From Camelus dromedarius (taxonomy: Eukaryota): a stretch of 64,000 nucleotides of DNA. Under the pieces are notes generated by a model, which ran no database searches, was not told the DNA's origin, and saw only the letters and a program-made list of their open reading frames with translations. The stretch spans positions 1 to 64,000 of the forward strand of contig NC_087458.1 of NCBI RefSeq assembly GCF_036321535.1, written 5' to 3'. The translations under genes and the position numbers were made by a program. Shown here piece after piece: positions 59,801-64,000 of the stretch. Position 1 is the first letter of the stretch, and the number at the start of each line of letters is the position of its first letter.

Positions 59801-61163
59801 CACGCCGCCAGCGGCTTCTGTGCAGAGTGTCTGCATTTCTTCTCTCCAGCTGTTCTGAGGGGCCCTGTTCTCAGCATGGGGACACCTGCCCCCTGGGGGT
59901 GTGGGGGGCATGTGGGGTCCTTGTGTCCATCACTGTGAGGGGGCAGTGCCCCTTCTAGTGGGAGGGGCTGGATACTACATCCCCACCAGATGGGACAGAC
60001 CACAGGACCGAGGACAGACCGGCTGGTGTGCCCTCTGGGGGCTCATTGCCCTGGTCACCCTGTGGGTGGTTTGTAGGTTTGTGCTTGAACTGAGGTGTTT
60101 TCTTAAGCTCTGCTACCCAACGTGCGTGGCAGTAGCCACAGGCCAGGGCAAGGGGGCAGCACCGAAACCTCCCCTCAGGGACCCCACCAGGCCCCTGGCG
60201 TTCCTGCACAGTGCTTAGCACACGTGGTGAGACACAGGTGACATGAAGCGTACCACCAACCACTTGGGGTGGACAGCCTGGTGGCACTAAGAATATTCAG
60301 GGCGGGGCAAGCAGCACTTGTGCGTCAGCCCACAAGAGCCCATCCTGGTGGCAGTCACAGCCCAAGCCGCGCAGCCACTCTGGGGCTTCCGTCCTGGAGC
60401 CACCTGTCCGCACACCTGCGTCTGCGGACCCCGGGCCAGCCTGCCGTTCTCTCCCAGGTTTCTGCAGGGGCTGCCTGTGGAGCCTGCCCTGCTCTCGGAC
60501 GAGCTTAAAGCTGTGCTGGGCGTGGACCCCGCTCCTGGCGGCATCAAGTACATCATTGCCACCCAGGTGAGCCCCGGCTGCACCCGTCACAGGCCTGTGG
60601 GCTCGGCCAGGTGGGGGGCCACCTTGCTGAGGGTCAGTCAGGTAGCAGGAACCCTGCTCCTCGGGTTTCAAAGCACCCAGCGTTTCCCTCGCTCACTCAC
60701 AGTGGACTTGTGAGGGCCCTGGGGTGCGTGGGGCAGCGTTCCCGTGCTGGGGAATGTGGGGGCCTCCAGGTCACCCCACCAGACCAGGTCAGGGTCCTGC
60801 TCAGTGGTGGGGCTGGGATTTCCCTTAGATCTGTCTGATTCCAAGACCCGTGACCTTGTGCCCCCGGACACAGCCCCTATCTTCCATCCCAGAACCTGCT
60901 CTCCACCCCAAGTCTGGGCTGTGGAGGCAAGTGCCCGCGGGACCCCAGCTCTGCCTGAGGCTTGGGCCCAGGGCCAGCGTCACCATGGGGTTGTCATCTT
61001 CTGATCTGCACTTACCCGGGAGGGCAGGTGCATTCTGCCCCTCCCTGTCACCTGCCCTGACATTAATTTCTGTGCCCGCCAGGTAGGGCCTGGGCCTCAA
61101 GTCCTGGACGACCCTGGTGCTCGCCTGCTGGGCCCTGATGGTCTGCCGAAGCCAGCCGCCTGA
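56810..61163 (+). CDS. MVD: Diphosphomevalonate decarboxylase (400 aa)
   Basis: Exons 56810-56879, 57046-57116, 57512-57626, 57877-58023, 58626-58825, 58946-59020, 59131-59349 (GC donor), 59508-59623, 60458-60566, 61083-61163; total 1203 nt. Motifs [50 protein letters not shown]. Confidence 0.97.
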
Positions 61164-61717
61164 GCACCTTAGTGGAGCCCCAGCTGCCACTGGGTGAAGG
61201 GGCCACTTCACTGGGACTGGGGAGCCGGGTGTGGTGGTCGGCCCACCCTGCTTGTTGGGATTGTGGGTGGCTGCCTCACTCTGGGCCCGGCAATGTGCCG
61301 TGGCAGAGTTGGGGCAGTGGAGAAACACCTGCAGGCACCCAGGCGGTCAGGAGCCCCCCAGTACCTCATCTTCCCCACCTGCACCTACACTTTGCTGAGA
61401 TGGGAGCCCAGATCAGGAGACAGACGTGGGGGACCAGCCAGCCAGGTGGAGCTGCCAGTGCCTCTACCAGTGAAGTGCTCTCTGTCCCTGAACTTGGGCC
61501 ACCCCCACTGCCCCAAGGAGAAGATGGCCAATCAGTGTCCCCCCTGGAGGACAAGTCACCGTGCAGGGAGCAGCCTCAGGACACCTCCGTGAAGTGTTCC
61601 TCCAGACCCTGAGCTTAGGCCCATGTGCCTGCAGTTTATTCACAGAAAGACCAGCGGTGTGTCTGGAGCGGGGCGGGGAGCAGCACTGAGAGGTGAACGG
61701 GACTCTGTCTGGCCCCA

Positions 61718-61723
61718 GAGTAA
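61718..61723 (+). terminator. Possible MVD poly(A) signal AGTAAA (variant)
   Basis: I saw no canonical AATAAA between the MVD stop and CYBA. AGTAAA lies about 555 nt after the stop. Confidence 0.4.
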
Positions 61724-62702
61724 AGGCAGTGAGCTGACTCTGCCTGGTGTGCTTTCTCTGGGCCCTTGCGGTCATTCTGCAGTGAGGACTGGGAAGGGGC
61801 TGCCGTGGGCTTGGCAGGAGGGGCTGAGGACTCACCTTCCCCCCAGCTCGCCCTCTTGCTCAGCTTGCCACCCCCCACAGCCCCGGCCACACTGTGACAG
61901 ACCTGGTCACTAAGGCTCATGGCCTGGGATGTGGTTTGGGTCCAGGAAGGAAGGCGGGCAGTGCTGATTGAGAAGCTGTGGGTCTGTGGGTCTGAAAGCA
62001 CTGGGTCGCTCCCTCCTTTGCGTGACCTACTCCATCCGTGTTCCTAGTCCCTCCCCACTGTCCCAACCAGGCTGGGAGGAGAGGGGGTGGGCACTTGCGC
62101 CCTCTGACCTACCTCCTGGCTCCCCTCATTGTCCCAAAAGGGTCAGCTTCCTGCTGCTGGAGAGTCCTGACCTTGACCCAAAGGTAGGGTAGAGGAGGGA
62201 GGTGACAGGACAGGACCCTGCCCTCCTACACGCTGGGTTTTCCCAGAAGCTGCACCCTGGGGGCCCCCCAAGACAGTGCTGGTGAGCAAAGGGGCTGCAG
62301 CTGCCCACACCTGCACTAGCCCAAGGCCAGATGAGGCGGAGCTGGGCCTGCTCTGACTGCCAGGGAGGGATCCCCATGAGGCCTTAGGGGTTCCTGGCCT
62401 GAGGCCCTGCTCCCTCTGCAGGGGGGCACCACTGAAGCCAGGGTGGCTGGGTCTCTCCCTGAGCTCCCGGGGGCCCAGGCTCTCGTGGAAGGGGTAGGGG
62501 GCAAGGCTCCTGGGAGCATGGGCCCGCCTGCCTGCTGGTCTGGCCAGTCACCTGGAGCCAGGGTGGGGCGGAGCGAGCAGCAAGGCGGCCCCGGAACTTG
62601 GGAAACTCTGGGCGGGGCTGGCAGGAGGCAGGCGGAGCTCGGGCCGCGGGGTCCGAAGGGTCTGAGCCAGTCGGAGGAGCCCTGGGGAGACGTGCGGCCG
62701 CC

Positions 62703-62760
62703 ATGGGGCAGATCGAGTGGGCCATGTGGGCCAACGAGCAGGCGCTGGCATCTGGCCTGA
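62703..62760 (+). CDS. CYBA: Cytochrome b-245 light chain (p22phox), exon 1 only; gene continues beyond the window
   Basis: MGQIEWAMWANEQALASGL followed by the donor A|GTGAGT, downstream of MVD as in human synteny. GC-box and Ets-like (CCGGAACT) motifs lie upstream. Confidence 0.95.
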
Positions 62761-64000
62761 GTGAGTGGGCACCAGGGCTCTGGCACTTGGGGTGGGGGAC
62801 ACAGGGACGGCTGAACCTGGGGTGAGGGGCGCCGAAACTTAAACCCTCAGGATTGGCCAGGGCCCAGCAGAGCAAAGCTGAGGGCCAGGAGTCAGCCACC
62901 CTAGGCTGCGTGCCGGGGAAGGGGGAAAGGAGCAGGCTGGAGACGGGGGTGGGGAGCAGGGTCCTGACCAGCCAGAGACCCCAGACTGCAGGTCAGGAAG
63001 TGGGAACTGAAGCCTGGGGGTGGGGGCCGAGTCTGGAGCCTTCTGCCAGGGACCTGCAGCCCCGTGGGAAAGGGCCTGGGGCCAGTGTCAGGACAGGCTG
63101 CAGCCCTCAGGTTGAGGAGATGGATTCATTGCCCTCCTGCCCTGCAGACACATGCACCCCACCTCCCATCCTCTGTCCCGCTGCCACAGCTGTTCCTACT
63201 TCACTCCTCCACTCACCCCCTGAAAAGAGGAAGTTGCAGCCAGGGGAAGAGGCGTTTCGCCCCTGGTGGTTTCCGGAGAGTCACCACCCATCGGGTTGGA
63301 AAAACCCGGCCTGACCCGCCCCTGTGGCCCCTCCTGTCCTGGTGTGGAGGCTCCTTCCCAGGGGCCCTGGGGTGCAGAGGTGGGCTCCTCCTGCCTCCTG
63401 GCCAGGCGCTTGGCCCACGGAGGGGTGACCCTCTCTCTGGGGCCCAGCCCTGGGTCTGCTGAGAAGGGCCCTGTGCACAGTGCTGTAAATGGCCCCCACT
63501 GCCCCTCCCTCCCAGCTCCCCAGGTGCTCCTCGGAGGGACGGCAGGGCCCCATCACCCAGCCTTGCTCTGGTCAAGGAGCAGTGGGGTCTGCACTGTACA
63601 CTTGGAAGCGAGACCCAGACACGCCCACCTCACCCACCAATGCCAGCTGGGGGCAGAGGAGCTGGCCAAGCTGGGACGGGTAGGGGAGCAGAGACGGGTG
63701 AGGTATCCGGCCTGCCCACAGGGCAAGGTCACATTTTGGAGGGTGGTCTCTCCTGGGTCTGGAGTGGCTGAGAACCCAGAAGGTCAGTAGATGGCTCTCC
63801 TCATCTCATTTCTGCCCAGAGCTGTCCTTGGCAGACCCCCAGCCCCCAGCAGGAGAGGGTGACTGCAGGCTCTGAGCGTGGGGCTGAGAGGCCTGGATTC
63901 CTGTCCCAAGGGCGCAGATGGTACCCCCGTGGTGGCTTCCCTGTCCTCAGCCAACACCCGGGGGGCAGGGCTGTTCTGTGTCTTCTTTACAGTGATGCCC

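Overview
Mammalian genomic DNA, GC-rich, with conserved synteny to human 16q24.3. The SINE family suggests a camelid, which is an inference. Gene order: 3' 38 exons of PIEZO1 (+, to 16042); CTU2 (-, 15 exons, tail-to-tail with PIEZO1); RNF166 (+, head-to-head with CTU2, exon 4 hidden in a 132-nt N gap); SNAI3 (+, 3 exons); a repeat-rich interval (old L1, MaLR LTRs, tRNA-derived SINEs); MVD (+, 10 exons); CYBA exon 1 (+). All genes are known, and I found no wholly new gene system. The most notable observations are: (1) a geometrically regular array of bZIP-like motifs in the CTU2/RNF166 bidirectional promoter, with about 10 TGAYTACGTCAC-type copies and repeated CGTCAC-N17-GTGACG inverted pairs; (2) apparent loss of SNAI3 zinc finger 1 plus a Cys>Gly change at the last finger; (3) an Arg>Gln change in the PIEZO1 C-terminal domain next to xerocytosis residues; (4) back-to-back poly(A) signals of PIEZO1 and CTU2; (5) a GC donor in MVD with an in-frame GT alternative; (6) a phased ACAGAC (Smad-box-like) array. 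Exon boundaries were read by eye. Orthologue comparisons and human residue numbers come from memory of the human and mouse proteins and need confirmation by alignment.
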